A stretch of 64,000 nucleotides of DNA from an uncultured Verrucomicrobiae bacterium (GCA_963788655.1 CAWBHS010000072.1:32001-96000), one strand, 5' to 3'; shown: positions 26,228 to 37,314, numbered from the stretch's first letter. Program-made: numbers and translations. The notes: a model not told the origin generated them from the sequence alone.

Positions 26228-26695
26228 ATGAAAATGAAGTTATCACTCTCAGCCAGTTCGCAGCGCCGCCGGCAGGCGGGCTTCTCCCTGGTCGAAGTCA
26301 CAGTGGGCATGGGCCTGTTGGCCACCGTAATGGGCGCCTTGTTTTCCAGCTTTACCTCCGGCTTTTTCACCGTGCAGTTGGCGCGCGAAAACCTCCGGGC
26401 CACCCAAATCCTGCTCGAGAAAGTCGAAACCATCCGCCTGTATAGCTGGGACCAGATCAATACGCCCGGCTTTATTCCCGCCACCTTCACGGCGCCCTAC
26501 GATCCCAATTCGACCAATGGCGGGCTCACCTACACGGGGACGATGACAATCAGTGACGCACCAATTTCCTCGTCCTATTCCAACGAGATGAAACAATTCA
26601 CCGTCCAGTTGAACTGGAAAACCGGCAAACTGGATCGCGCTCGCGAATTCACCACGTATGTCGCCCGCAATGGCCTGCAAACTTACATCTACTAG
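26228..26695 (+). CDS. Prepilin-type (class III signal) minor pilin, PilV/GspI-like
   Basis: RRRQAG|FSLVEV followed by a hydrophobic helix. Confidence 0.8.
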   Translation: MKMKLSLSASSQRRRQAGFSLVEVTVGMGLLATVMGALFSSFTSGFFTVQLARENLRATQILLEKVETIRLYSWDQINTPGFIPATFTAPYDPNSTNGGLTYTGTMTISDAPISSSYSNEMKQFTVQLNWKTGKLDRAREFTTYVARNGLQTYIY

Positions 26696-27245
26696 GCGAC
26701 TGGCCCGCCCAACTCGCCGGACAGCGCCACCTTTCGGATTTGCGCTGGTCGAAATGATTTTTGCCATGGGCATCACCACCTTGCTGGTGTTGGTGGTGTG
26801 TTCCTTTGCCATTTACAGCAGCCGCAACTTCGCCGTGCTCGCCAATTACGTGGAATTGGACGACGCCAACCGGTTGGCCATCGACCACATGACTCAGGAT
26901 TTGCGCCAGGCCCGGCGACTGGTCAGTGCCTCCGCCACCACCCTGACGCTGGAGGACAGCGACGGATTCACGATCCAATACGCGTTCAATCCGAACACCC
27001 ACATCCTGAGCCGGACCAAGGGAGGCATCACTCAGGTGATGCTCACCGAATGTGATACCTTGAATTTCGCGTTAGGACAACGCAACCCGGTCGGCGGTTC
27101 CTATGATATTTATCCGGCGGCCACTCCCGAGACGGCCAAAGTGGTGAACGTGTCTTGGGTTTGCTCGCGCAAGATTTTGGGCGTCCGATCCAATACCGAA
27201 AGTGTCCAAACCGCTCGCATTGTCATTCGCAAACAAGGTACATGA
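26670..27245 (+). CDS. Prepilin-type minor pilin, PilW/GspJ-like
   Basis: G|FALVEMIFAMGI; overlaps the preceding gene; start uncertain (26658 or 26670). Confidence 0.75.
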   Translation: MACKLTSTRRLARPTRRTAPPFGFALVEMIFAMGITTLLVLVVCSFAIYSSRNFAVLANYVELDDANRLAIDHMTQDLRQARRLVSASATTLTLEDSDGFTIQYAFNPNTHILSRTKGGITQVMLTECDTLNFALGQRNPVGGSYDIYPAATPETAKVVNVSWVCSRKILGVRSNTESVQTARIVIRKQGT

Positions 27246-27258
27246 AGCTGATGGTCGT

Positions 27259-28683
27259 ATGAAACTCCAACTCCCTTCTTCCCGTCGTTGTGCGGGTAAC
27301 ACTTTGCTGCTGACCCTGGTCATTGCCGCCGTGGTCGGCTTCATTCTCGTCGCCTACCTCAATTTGGTGCGGGCCCAACACATGGCTACCATGCGCTCGC
27401 AAGCCTGGAACGTGGCGGTGCCGGTGATCGAAGCGGGCATCGAGGATGCCCTGGCCCACCTGAATGCGCATGCAGGCAGCAGTCTGGCCTGCGATGGATG
27501 GCACAGTGCCGGTAGCTATTACTGGTTGTATCGCCACGTGGGCGATCATTTCTATATTGTCACCATTTCGAACTATTTCGTTGGGATTACGACGAATGCT
27601 CCGGTGATCGAATCCCGGGGTTACGTGAGCATGCCCACGCTGGTTGCCTCCGCGTCGTCAGGTCCCCTGCTGGCCTCGACGACCATGGCCATGACTTACA
27701 AAAACTATCTGGGACGCGGAGTGCGGGTGCGGACGCGGCAGGATGCGCTGTTTGCCAAGGGGTTGGTGGCCCGTGACACGATTGACATGAACGGCAATAA
27801 CATCGAAGCGGATAGTTTTGATTCCACGGACGCTAATTACAGCACCAGCGGCCAGTATGACTCCACCAAGCACAAAGATAAGGGTGACGTGGCCACCAAT
27901 TCCAGCCTGACCAACTCGTTGAACGTTGGCAACGCGGACATCTTTGGACACGTGGCGACGGGCCCCAACGGCAGCGTGGCGATTGGGCCGCAGGGTTCTG
28001 TGGGCGACATGTCCTGGCACGCGGCCAACCGTCGCGGGATCAAACCCGGCTTTTACAACGATGACATGAATGTGAATTTTCCCGATGTTGAAACTCCGTT
28101 CAACGGCGGCTTTTCCCTCAACGGCGGCTACGTCACGAATGCCGATGGTTCCACGACCTATTACGATCAAATTCTGGAGGACGGCAACTATCAGACAGTG
28201 AACCTTTCCGGCACCACTTACGTGCGTGGGCAGGCGAAGCTGCTGGTGACGGGAGGCATTTCCATGTCGGGACACGACGAAATCGTCATACCCGAAGGCA
28301 AAACTTTGAAACTGTATATGGCGGGAACCTCCGCCAGTCTCGGCGGCAATGGGGTGATGAATTCCGATGGCTACGCGACAAACTTTTTTTATTACGGTTT
28401 GCCCGAGAACACTTCTTTGAGCCTCAGCGGCAACGGTGCATTTGTGGGCACGGTGTACGCTCCCAATGCCGCCTTGACACTCAACGGCGGCGGCCACAAT
28501 AAGACGGATTTCGTCGGCGCGGCCATTACCAAAACCGCGCGGCTCAACGGCCATTTTAGCTTCCATTACGATGAAGCCCTGAAGACGTACGGCCCAGTGC
28601 GCAGTTATGTGATTACCGATTGGGATGAAATGACCCCGGATGAAGTCGGCGCTACGGTCATCTCCATCCCGGTTTTTAATTGA
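27259..28683 (+). CDS. PilX/GspK-like minor pilin with a large C-terminal beta-rich (adhesin-like) domain
   Basis: RRCAG|NTLLLTL without E5, A..IEAGIEDAL; C-terminal GTVYAPNA.LTLNG...FVGA...FHYDEAL; third gene of the cassette. Confidence 0.72.
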   Translation: MKLQLPSSRRCAGNTLLLTLVIAAVVGFILVAYLNLVRAQHMATMRSQAWNVAVPVIEAGIEDALAHLNAHAGSSLACDGWHSAGSYYWLYRHVGDHFYIVTISNYFVGITTNAPVIESRGYVSMPTLVASASSGPLLASTTMAMTYKNYLGRGVRVRTRQDALFAKGLVARDTIDMNGNNIEADSFDSTDANYSTSGQYDSTKHKDKGDVATNSSLTNSLNVGNADIFGHVATGPNGSVAIGPQGSVGDMSWHAANRRGIKPGFYNDDMNVNFPDVETPFNGGFSLNGGYVTNADGSTTYYDQILEDGNYQTVNLSGTTYVRGQAKLLVTGGISMSGHDEIVIPEGKTLKLYMAGTSASLGGNGVMNSDGYATNFFYYGLPENTSLSLSGNGAFVGTVYAPNAALTLNGGGHNKTDFVGAAITKTARLNGHFSFHYDEALKTYGPVRSYVITDWDEMTPDEVGATVISIPVFN

Positions 28684-28722
28684 TGGATCGGCTGGACGTC
28701 TGCAGGGCTGGATGGCCAGCCA

Positions 28723-30038
28723 CTATTTGTCAGCCGGAGCTTCTTTCTCCAAATCCAGACACAACAAGCTCCGGGCGTCGCGCACAAACAGTTTGCCGTT
28801 GACGTAGGCCGGATGACTCCACGTGCTGCCGCAAACTTGCAGGCGACCGAGCTCGGCATACTGCTCAGGATCCGCGGCCAGCAGCAACAGCGTGCCGCTT
28901 TCGTTCAATACGAGCAACTTGTCTCCCACCGCAATCGTCGAGGAATAGTCCTTCTGCCCCCGGCCAAATCCCGGCTGGGACCAGCGTAATTCGCCAGTCT
29001 TGGCGGATACGCACACATAATCTTTGTTCGGACCCTGGCTGTAGAGGTAATCGCCGAGCAATACCGGGGTGGCGATATTGATTTTAAGCTGCTTGTTGAC
29101 CCAGGTTGTTTGGGCGTCCAGCCGGTTGCCGTTTGCGGAAATGCGCACCCCCACCAAACCGAGCGTATGTGAATTGACGATCACGGTGTCACCCCAAATT
29201 ACGGGCGTTGCCGCGTGCCGCTTGGCGGCCGTCTTCAAGGGGACGCGCCAAAGAATCCGTCCATCATCGAGCCGCGCCCCCAGCAGAGCGTCCGCGGTGA
29301 ACGCCACCACCTGCCGCACGCCGGCCAATGCGGCGACGATGAACGAGGAATAGGCCGCTTCGTCGTTTCCGGATTTCCACAACACGCGGCCAGTGCGTTT
29401 GTCGAAGCCCACCAAGCTGGCGTTGTCCGGGCTGCCCACCGGCAAGATCAGACGCTCGCCGTCAATCACTCCACAGCCGTTGTTGCCGCGTCGCGCCGCC
29501 GTGCCGCGCGGGGCCTTGCTGCCGTAAAACTCGACGCCGAAATCCATTTCGAAACTGGTCCGCCAAAGCACCGAACCATCATTGAGGCGCAGACAAACAA
29601 AGTCCCCGCGGCACGATTGCGCGTACACCCGGTCGTCGTCCACGAAGGGAGTGGACCGGGGGCCGTTGCCCCACTCGTCGCCGAACGCTTCGGCAAAGGG
29701 AACGCGCCACCGTTCCTCGCCGCTGGCCGCATCGATGGCGTGTACCACTTCGCGGTGATTTTGTTCGTCCAGGTAAATCAAATCATCGCCAACCACGACG
29801 GGCGAAGAATGGCCTGAACCGATGGCGAGTTTCCAGACCGGTTTCAGGTCGCGGGTAGGGTAGCCAGACGCAGCGCTTTGGCGGCGGCGTGTCCATCCCG
29901 ATTGGGTCCGCGCCACTGCGGCCAATCCGCCCCGCCGGCCGCCCGGAGCCATTCCGGGCTTGAACCGAGTATTATCATCAGGATCACCGTCCCGCACCAC
30001 GCCCGGACCCACGCCTGAAGTTTCATTTTGGTTACCAT
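28723..30038 (-). CDS. Secreted PQQ-like beta-propeller repeat protein; apparent indel near 29860
   Basis: ADWPQWRGPNRDG, GHSSPVV, GPRSTP, YSS, WSHPA..NGKLFVR. Confidence 0.82.
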
Positions 30039-30042
30039 GGTT

Positions 30043-30681
30043 TTACCATTCGCCATCAACCAGCAGTGATACGGCACGGCGGGCCAAATCATTCGCGACC
30101 AACGGAATGGCTTGCCGTTCTGTAGCGGGAAGATCAGCCAGCAGCCGGGCCGTCGAGCGCCCCATCACATCTCTGGCCAAAACCACCCGGCCGGAACTGC
30201 GTTCCTGAACGGTGATGTGCGCGATCATCGTGAGCTGGAAATCACGGGGCGTGATGATGTCTTCCGGGTCAAACGTCACGCCCATCCGCTCGTATTTTAC
30301 GATGTTGCCCGACACGATGAGGTCGGCTTCGTTATGGGTGTCCAAGCGATACGTTCCGTCCTGTTGCAAGCGTTCGCGAAGGGCGCGCGTCACGGCGTCG
30401 CTCAAGCGCGGTTCAATCGTCTCGTTGGCGAAAGGATTCACCTGGATCGACGCAGCGCCTGCCTGCCGGCCCATCGTGGGGCCTAGTTGGTACCCAGCAC
30501 AACCCGACGAGAGCACGGCGAGGAACGCGCATGCCAGGAGGCGGATTGCCCGGCGGCCAGCCCATGTGTCGGCGGGGCAGGGATGCAAAGGTGGGGGGCG
30601 CCCCAGGGCGACCTTCTTGTGGCGGTCATCCACAGGCCGCCGCGACGCGTTCGCCAATTCGGAGGTGGGAAAAGCCAGCAT
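30043..30681 (-). CDS. lptE: LptE-family lipoprotein (true start may be downstream)
   Basis: Lipobox LSSG|CAGYQLG, I.V.PFANET.EP, C-terminal LARRAVSLLVDGEW; downstream of bamD. Confidence 0.7.
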   Translation of the reverse strand: MLAFPTSELANASRRPVDDRHKKVALGRPPPLHPCPADTWAGRRAIRLLACAFLAVLSSGCAGYQLGPTMGRQAGAASIQVNPFANETIEPRLSDAVTRALRERLQQDGTYRLDTHNEADLIVSGNIVKYERMGVTFDPEDIITPRDFQLTMIAHITVQERSSGRVVLARDVMGRSTARLLADLPATERQAIPLVANDLARRAVSLLVDGEW

Positions 30682-30687
30682 GACCGG

Positions 30688-31681
30688 TCACTCTAAGGTG
30701 TGTTTTTGAATCGCATCGATGTGGAATTTAGCTTCATCCGCATACGTGGAAGTGGGGTCTTTCAGCAAGACTTCGTTGTAGTAAATGAGCGCCGCCTTCC
30801 AGGCGCGCCCCTTTTCGTAAAACCGGGCGATTTGCAGGCTGCCCCGCGCCTGCTCAGTTTTCAGCGCGTCAATGGTGTTTTGCGCTTCTGCCACTCGGGG
30901 ATCTTTCGGGTGCAGGATGGTAAAGTCTCTGAAGGTGGCGATCGCCGTGCCCGCAACACTTTGATCGTATTCGGCGGTCTTGGCCTGCCGGGCATAAGCT
31001 TCAGCCGCCTTGAACAAGGCATCCGCGCCAATCGGCTTGTCACTGTAACGGTCGGCGGCCACCTCGTAGGCTTTGGCCGCATTGGCGTAGTCCGGGACAT
31101 GCATCCACAGGAACTTTTTGCTTTCGTAGGCCGTCCCGATGTTCATTTGCGCCTGAGGCGCGACTACGCTGTAGCGTCCGTTTTTGACAATTTGCTCGTA
31201 CATCTCGATGGTTTTGGCCATGGACCGAAACCAAGGCACAATTCCCCACAGCTTGAACGGCTTGCCCGCCAGGTGCCGGTTGGCCAGAGCAAACTCGCGC
31301 TCGATGATTTCGTCGAATTTCTGGCAGCTTGGGATACCGCTCCAGCAATCGTTGATAAGCTTTGAAGGCTCGTTGGTCCTGGTTCTTGGCTTCGTAGCAG
31401 CGCGCGACGAGATACTGCGCCTCGGAGGCATAATCGGCATAGGGCCAGTTATTCACCACCCGGCGGGCGGCTTTCAAGGCGAGGCCATATTGCTGCGCGG
31501 CAAACGCGGTTTGCGCGACTTCCATTTGGTCTTTGGCGTCCCGCCGCCGCCATTTGGGTTCCCCGACTTTTTCGTAATGCCAACCTTCGCCCGGGGTGTA
31601 GATCAAGGGCGCCGGACAACGGATCGGAACCAACAACAAAAAAAATATGATGGCAAAAAACTGAACGAACCAACGCGTCAT
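30688..31681 (-). CDS. bamD: Outer membrane protein assembly factor BamD (TPR); apparent indel near 31325
   Basis: TPR repeats, YDQS...AI..FRDF...HP.DP, IARFYEK...AA.IYY. Confidence 0.78.
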
Positions 31682-31793
31682 GCGCCGAAGCTAAGCCAGG
31701 GCGGCCCGGCAAGTCAAGGCGGTGAAAAGTCCGCGTCAGGCGGTGCTGGATGAAGCATCCTCAGTGAACCAACCGCCAGCAAACAATGCCCTA

Positions 31794-31987
31794 GCCGTAT
31801 CAATTCAGTGGCTGGTGTGGCGATGAGGCAGTTCGGCGTGGTAGGACAGGCGTCTCGCCTGTCTTGGATAACCCAAGGCATCCTCACCGTTTGGTGACAA
31901 AGGAAGACTCACCGCGCTGTGATACAAGTTGTTGGTTTGCACCCGTTCGGGACAGGCGGGACGCCTGTCCTACTGAATAGTCACGGC
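31794..31987 (+). mobile_element. 194-bp MITE/REPIN-like element, copy 1
   Basis: Imperfect terminal IRs GCCGTATCAATTCAGT / ACTGAATAGTCACGGC. Internal inverted GTAG-REP pair at 31841-31863 and 31951-31973. Close copies at 62929 and 41575. Confidence 0.85.
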
Positions 31988-32170
31988 TTATGCCCAGAGT
32001 TGGGGCTTGGGAATTCGCCGATCCTTGATCCTTGGCAATTGACCATTTCCTTCCAAAGTGTCGCCAGCAACTGCCACTACGTTGCAATCAAACATCCCAG
32101 AGAATTCCCGGTTGACCGTTCGAGTAATCCGGCTGTCTGCGTTTCCGCCGGTGGAACATCGGCCGCACGT

Positions 32171-32641
32171 TCAGCCGCGATAGACGATAAAAGCGCCGTA
32201 GTCGGTAATCCAGGCGCGGGTGGCCAGATCCATGTGGGTGTAGTTGAACGTATTGATGCTCACCACATTGGATTCGCCGATTTTGGCCAGGAAGTCGGTG
32301 ACCACCTCGTCGAACCGATCCTTGCCCACTTCCACGCAATCGGATCGCCGAATGCTTTTCACCCGCAGCATGATGCCTTCCTTGGCGGCTGCTTCCATGG
32401 GCTTCAACGGCTTGGCAATCAGGTCGTCGCCCTTGCTCTCATGCTGGGGCACTTTGAAGTGTTTCTCTTCTTTGGCGGCGGCCGAAGACGCAATGGCATC
32501 GACCACATGGGGCGTAACCTGTTCACCTTCCGGAATGACAATCGTTTCGCTGCAGGAGGGACACTCGATTTCGGAACCAACCCCGGAAGCCTCGACTGAG
32601 AGTTCCTGTTCGCAGTGGGGACATTTGAAAATCACATCCAT
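32171..32641 (-). CDS. Hypothetical protein with an N-terminal zinc ribbon
   Basis: MDVIFKCPHC...IECPSC; typical codon usage; function unknown. Confidence 0.72.
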   Translation of the reverse strand: MDVIFKCPHCEQELSVEASGVGSEIECPSCSETIVIPEGEQVTPHVVDAIASSAAAKEEKHFKVPQHESKGDDLIAKPLKPMEAAAKEGIMLRVKSIRRSDCVEVGKDRFDEVVTDFLAKIGESNVVSINTFNYTHMDLATRAWITDYGAFIVYRG

Positions 32642-32982
32642 AACCAATCGCGTTTTGTTCGGGACTGAGGCCAAGCTATGACGGCGCTCCGCCGATTGCC
32701 AGAAAAAAATGTACGGTCCTGCGACAGTGTCAAGCCGAGCTAAAGTTGGAAGAAACGGAAGGGGCAGAATTCGAAGGCCGAAATGAGCCCAAAATCCGAA
32801 GCCAGAAGTCTGAGAATTTCCGGTTTGGAGGCGTTTTGCCCGGCCATGGTTCGAAATCGGAGCGGCGTTCGGGAATCGGACTTCAGATTTCCAAAGTAAC
32901 CGTCGTCTTAAATTTTTTGCGGATTCAACCTGGCAACGCTTCAACGCTGCTACGGCTCTGGTTGCGGCGGCACCCATAGCGT

Positions 32983-35520
32983 TTACTTCTCAATTTCTTC
33001 GCGCCGTTCGCTCTTTCCGGCAAACAAGATGTCGCGCCCTGTCAGATAAAGGACAAGGGTCAGGATTGCGAACGGAATCAGCGAGAACAAGTCAGCGTAA
33101 GGGCCGCTGTAAAACGGATTGTGCGTATCGGCCCAGGTCGTGATTTCCTGGGTGACGTTGGTGAGTAAGCCGGCCATGAACGCGATGATGATGCCCGCAA
33201 TGGCTCCGCCGGCAATGTAACCCGACGCCAGCAGCACCCCCGGGCTTTTGTCGCCTTCCGCGTTGAGTTGTTCACGCGTCAAATTTGCCCCGCGATGTTT
33301 ACGTTCCAAATAGCGGTCCACCAGCCAGCGCACCATGCCGCCAATGAAAATGGGCGAGGACGATGACAGCGGCAGATACACGCCCACCGCAAAGGCCAGT
33401 GAAGGAATGCTGGCCATTTCCAGCACGACGGCGATCATCACCCCCAGCAGCACCAGCCCCCAAGGCAATTCGCGGCTGAGGATGCCTTTGATGATGTACG
33501 ACATCAGGGTGGCCTTCGGCGCGTCGAACTTGGTTACGGTAGTGCCGTCGGGCCGCGTCTTGTGGGTGCCGTTGATGCCCGGATCCACCAAATACACCGG
33601 CGCGCCTTGGTCGTTGACCAAGTATCTTCCCGGTGGCCCGCCCGACGTATCGGTCTTTTGCCAGACCCAATAGGCATTGGTGTCGCTGCCGGCTTGCGGA
33701 CCGGACAAGGGCTCGCGCTTGGTGAGTTGCGGTAAAGGCGCCCGAAGTTGATCGGAAAAGTTGTGCTGCAACTTCCACGAAACGGCGCCGGCGGAGTTGA
33801 TGAGATACTCGCCAGACTCCAGGCGGGTGTCCTTGGGAAGGGAAGTCTGCGTACCGACTTGCAGGATACGATATGGTCCGCCCTCGGGTGCCTGTAATTT
33901 GGCGGAATAGACCGGCAAGGTGTTCGCGAAGGTTGCTGGAAGGCTGGCCGGGGATTTCTTCAACGGCTCGAAAGTCGTTTGCGGCACATAAACCGTCGCC
34001 GCCTGGTTTAATTGGAGCAGAATCGGTCCGAGGATCAATGCCGATGCCAACGCTCCGATCATGATGGCAATCTGTTGCAGCTTGGGCGTGGCTCCCACCA
34101 GAAAACCTGTTTTCAAATCCTGTGACGTGGCCCCCGCATTGGACGCGGCGATGCAAACAATGCCGCCCACCGACAACGCGGTGATGTAGAAGTGCGGCGT
34201 GGTCCAACCGAGCGCCAGAAAAATCAAGCTGGTCAACAGCAAGGTAGCCACCGTCATGCCCGAAATCGGATTGGACGATGAACCGATCTCGCCGGTCAAT
34301 CGCGAGGAAACCGTGGCGAATAAAAAGCCAAAGAGGACAATCAGCACCGCCCCCGCCACGTTCATGTGCAGCGGCGGCGAGAGCGTAATGGCAATCACCA
34401 ACAACAGGATGCCACCAAAGACCACTTTCAACGGCAAGTCATGTTCGGTCCGCAGGGCTGATTGGCCTCCGTTACCGGCTGAGCCGACCATTCCCAGTCC
34501 TTCCTTGATGCCGTGCCAGATGATCGGCAGCGAGCGGATCAGACTGATGATTCCGCCCGCCGCCACTGCGCCGGCGCCAATGTAAAGCACGTAGGCGCCG
34601 CGAATGTCATTCGGGCTCATGTCTCGAATGGGGATCGTGCCCGGTGCCAAGGGGCCGGTCAGGCCTTCGCCGAAGAACTTAATGGCGGGGATCAACACCA
34701 GATATGCCAGCACACCGCCGCCGCACATGATCGAGGCCAAATACGGCCCGATGATGTATCCGACGCCCAACAATTCCGGTGAAATCTCCGCCGCGATGGA
34801 ACCGGCTTTGAACGGTGCGCCAAAGACTTTTTCCGGCACATCCTTCCAGACCTTGCCGGCCACCATGAGCGCTTTGTAAACCAGACCGATGCCGAAGCCC
34901 GTGAAAATCGTGTGCGCGCCACGGTAATTCCCGGTGGCCTGTCCTTGCGGAGGGGCGGCTTTTTCGGCGTCGGCGGCTGCGCCGGCTTTGAGCACTTCCG
35001 CGCAGGCCGTGCCCTCGGGATATTTCAAGTGGGTGTGTTCCTTGACGATCAAGGCGCGCCGCAGCGGAATCATCATCAGGATCCCGAGCAAACTGCCGAG
35101 CACGGCTACGATGGTGATGCGGGGAATTTCGAGGTCGAAGCCCAAAATGAGAATGGCTGGCATGGTCACGCCCACGCCGAAGGCGATGGATTCGCCCGCC
35201 GATCCGGCCGTCTGCACAATGTTGTTTTCCAGGATGGTGGCGGAACGCATCCCGAATTTGGACAGCACGCGGAAGAGCGTGATGGAAATGACCGCCACGG
35301 GAATGGAGGCGCTCACCGTCAGACCCACTTTTAACACCAGGTACAACGACGATGCACCAAACACCATGCCGAGGATGGTGCCAAATATGATCGGCAGCAC
35401 CGTGAACTCGTGCAGCCGCGCTTCCGGTGAGACAAACGGTTGGAAGCCATCCGCCGGCTCCGTTTCCGGGAGCGAGGCAGCGTTACCGGGCGTTGGGGTG
35501 TCGGGGCGGTGATTCGACAT
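32983..35520 (-). CDS. OPT-family oligopeptide transporter
   Basis: YLVLKVGLTVSASIP, ENNIVQT, YPEG.ACAEVL, GSSSNPISGM, QDLKTGFLVGATP..QQ, APKATLM. Confidence 0.92.
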   Translation of the reverse strand: MSNHRPDTPTPGNAASLPETEPADGFQPFVSPEARLHEFTVLPIIFGTILGMVFGASSLYLVLKVGLTVSASIPVAVISITLFRVLSKFGMRSATILENNIVQTAGSAGESIAFGVGVTMPAILILGFDLEIPRITIVAVLGSLLGILMMIPLRRALIVKEHTHLKYPEGTACAEVLKAGAAADAEKAAPPQGQATGNYRGAHTIFTGFGIGLVYKALMVAGKVWKDVPEKVFGAPFKAGSIAAEISPELLGVGYIIGPYLASIMCGGGVLAYLVLIPAIKFFGEGLTGPLAPGTIPIRDMSPNDIRGAYVLYIGAGAVAAGGIISLIRSLPIIWHGIKEGLGMVGSAGNGGQSALRTEHDLPLKVVFGGILLLVIAITLSPPLHMNVAGAVLIVLFGFLFATVSSRLTGEIGSSSNPISGMTVATLLLTSLIFLALGWTTPHFYITALSVGGIVCIAASNAGATSQDLKTGFLVGATPKLQQIAIMIGALASALILGPILLQLNQAATVYVPQTTFEPLKKSPASLPATFANTLPVYSAKLQAPEGGPYRILQVGTQTSLPKDTRLESGEYLINSAGAVSWKLQHNFSDQLRAPLPQLTKREPLSGPQAGSDTNAYWVWQKTDTSGGPPGRYLVNDQGAPVYLVDPGINGTHKTRPDGTTVTKFDAPKATLMSYIIKGILSRELPWGLVLLGVMIAVVLEMASIPSLAFAVGVYLPLSSSSPIFIGGMVRWLVDRYLERKHRGANLTREQLNAEGDKSPGVLLASGYIAGGAIAGIIIAFMAGLLTNVTQEITTWADTHNPFYSGPYADLFSLIPFAILTLVLYLTGRDILFAGKSERREEIEK

Positions 35521-35643
35521 TATGCGGACAAAGCACTAACGACGCGCGCGAAGATTACCGGTTTGGCAGTGGGGAGCAAGACTGCCGAACGAATTGATTC
35601 AGCGCTGGGGTAAGGCGTTCAAAACAGAATGGTCAGCCAAGGC

Positions 35644-36171
35644 TTATTGGCCAGTTGGTACGTACGTCAATTTGAGCTTCTTGAAATACTCCTGATCGGG
35701 AAAAGTCCGGGACTGGGATTGAGTGCCTTTGATAACCGGGAAAGCCGCGATTGGACCTTGACGGTGCGCGTCCGTAAATTCCACAAACAGCCAATAGGTT
35801 CCGTCCGGCAGCGGCTGGTTCTTGGCGTCCCGCCCATCCCACGTCACCTTGGTTGCCTCGTGGCTTTTCAACGTGGCTCCCGTGATTCCGTCCACTTCGT
35901 GATCGTCACCGCGTGCCTTGAGCCACGTGGTCAGGTATTTCTGGCGCTTGCCGGCCTGACGACCGATAGTCTTGACGAAGTTGGTATGGGCATCGGTTAC
36001 CCAGGCGGCGAGCACATGTTTAGGACTGTATTTGCCGCCGGTGGCCACCGTGGAAAACTCAAGTTGCACCTTGCCGTCAGTCGCGGCGGCGGAAAGGGCT
36101 ACGGTGATTGCCAATCCCGCCACCCGCCACCAAGACTGGCCCAATCCTCTTGGAATTCTAAACGCAAGCAT
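35644..36171 (-). CDS. DUF2271-like exported protein
   Basis: Signal peptide; A.WVTD....FVKT, VDGITGAT, WDG.D...LPDG.Y..FVE. Confidence 0.7.
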   Translation of the reverse strand: MLAFRIPRGLGQSWWRVAGLAITVALSAAATDGKVQLEFSTVATGGKYSPKHVLAAWVTDAHTNFVKTIGRQAGKRQKYLTTWLKARGDDHEVDGITGATLKSHEATKVTWDGRDAKNQPLPDGTYWLFVEFTDAHRQGPIAAFPVIKGTQSQSRTFPDQEYFKKLKLTYVPTGQ

Positions 36172-36393
36172 TGCCTTTCCCCTCAACGCAATGGCGGTAC
36201 GTACGATCGATCGATTGTGCAAAACCAGGTTTTTCATGCGATTGTTGGCGCGGACGGTGCCCCAGGAAACAAGACTTGGTCAAGTGCCAAGCAATAGCTG
36301 GGGCAACGCTGGTGCTTCAGATAGCTGAAAGTTCGCAAGCTTCGTTCCTCTCAATGCCAATCATAGGGATCTGCGTCGAGTCGCCACGATTCT

Positions 36394-37314
36394 TCAGTGC
36401 CGCTGCTCCAGCACGCCGAGGCTGCGCAGCCAATCTTCAGCGCGCTGCGGCCAAGTGGTAACGGTTTTGCCCGCGGGCCGGAGTCCATAACCGTGACCGC
36501 CGGAGGGATAGAGATGCATTTCCACCGGCACTTTGGCGTTCTTTAGGGCCAGATAATAGAACAAGCTGCACTCGACGCGAATCCCATCGTCCTCCGTCTG
36601 CACCAGAAACGTGGGCGGGGTTTTGGCGGTGATCTTCAATTCCGGCGCGATCTTGTCGCCTTCCTTCTGCACGGTGAGATAGGCGGGGTAAATCAACATG
36701 ACGAAATCCGGGCGGCAACCGACTTGATCCGCAGCATCCACTGCCGGATACGTGCGCTGCCCGTAGTTGCAACTCAGGACCGCCGAAAGATGCGCGCCCG
36801 CCGAGAAGCCCATGACCCCAATGCGCTGCGGATCGATACCCCAATCCTTCGCGTGATACCGCGTTAGACCCAAGGCCCGCTGTGCGTCCTGGAGCGGCGC
36901 ATCATAACGTTCGCGATCTTTGCGCACCGGAACGCGATATTTCAACAACACTGCCGTCACCCCAATCGAGTTGAGCCACTCGGCGACTTCGGTGCCTTCG
37001 AGGTCCATCGCCAGAATGTGATACCCGCCACCCGGGCAGACGACCACCGCCGCGCCGGTGTTCTTGTCGGCCGGCGGCCGATAGACGGTAATGGTTGGCG
37101 TGGACACGTTGCCAAGCCGAATAACCGACTTGCCCGCAACCAAACCGTCGGTTGGCTTGGTCAAATCCTTTTCCTTGCCGATGTCGCCTTCTTCTCCGGG
37201 CGCACCATTGGGCCATAGTGCCATGGGCGGCGGTGAGTCGGCAGCGCCAAGGAGCGCTGGGCCAAAAGCGAGTTGGAATAAAGCCAGGCTGAAAATGGTC
37301 AACGTTCTATTCAT
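36394..37314 (-). CDS. Secreted alpha/beta hydrolase (carbohydrate esterase-like)
   Basis: CPGGGY, GFSAG nucleophile elbow, DD..V acid, GGHGYG His. Confidence 0.88.
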   Translation of the reverse strand: MNRTLTIFSLALFQLAFGPALLGAADSPPPMALWPNGAPGEEGDIGKEKDLTKPTDGLVAGKSVIRLGNVSTPTITVYRPPADKNTGAAVVVCPGGGYHILAMDLEGTEVAEWLNSIGVTAVLLKYRVPVRKDRERYDAPLQDAQRALGLTRYHAKDWGIDPQRIGVMGFSAGAHLSAVLSCNYGQRTYPAVDAADQVGCRPDFVMLIYPAYLTVQKEGDKIAPELKITAKTPPTFLVQTEDDGIRVECSLFYYLALKNAKVPVEMHLYPSGGHGYGLRPAGKTVTTWPQRAEDWLRSLGVLEQRH

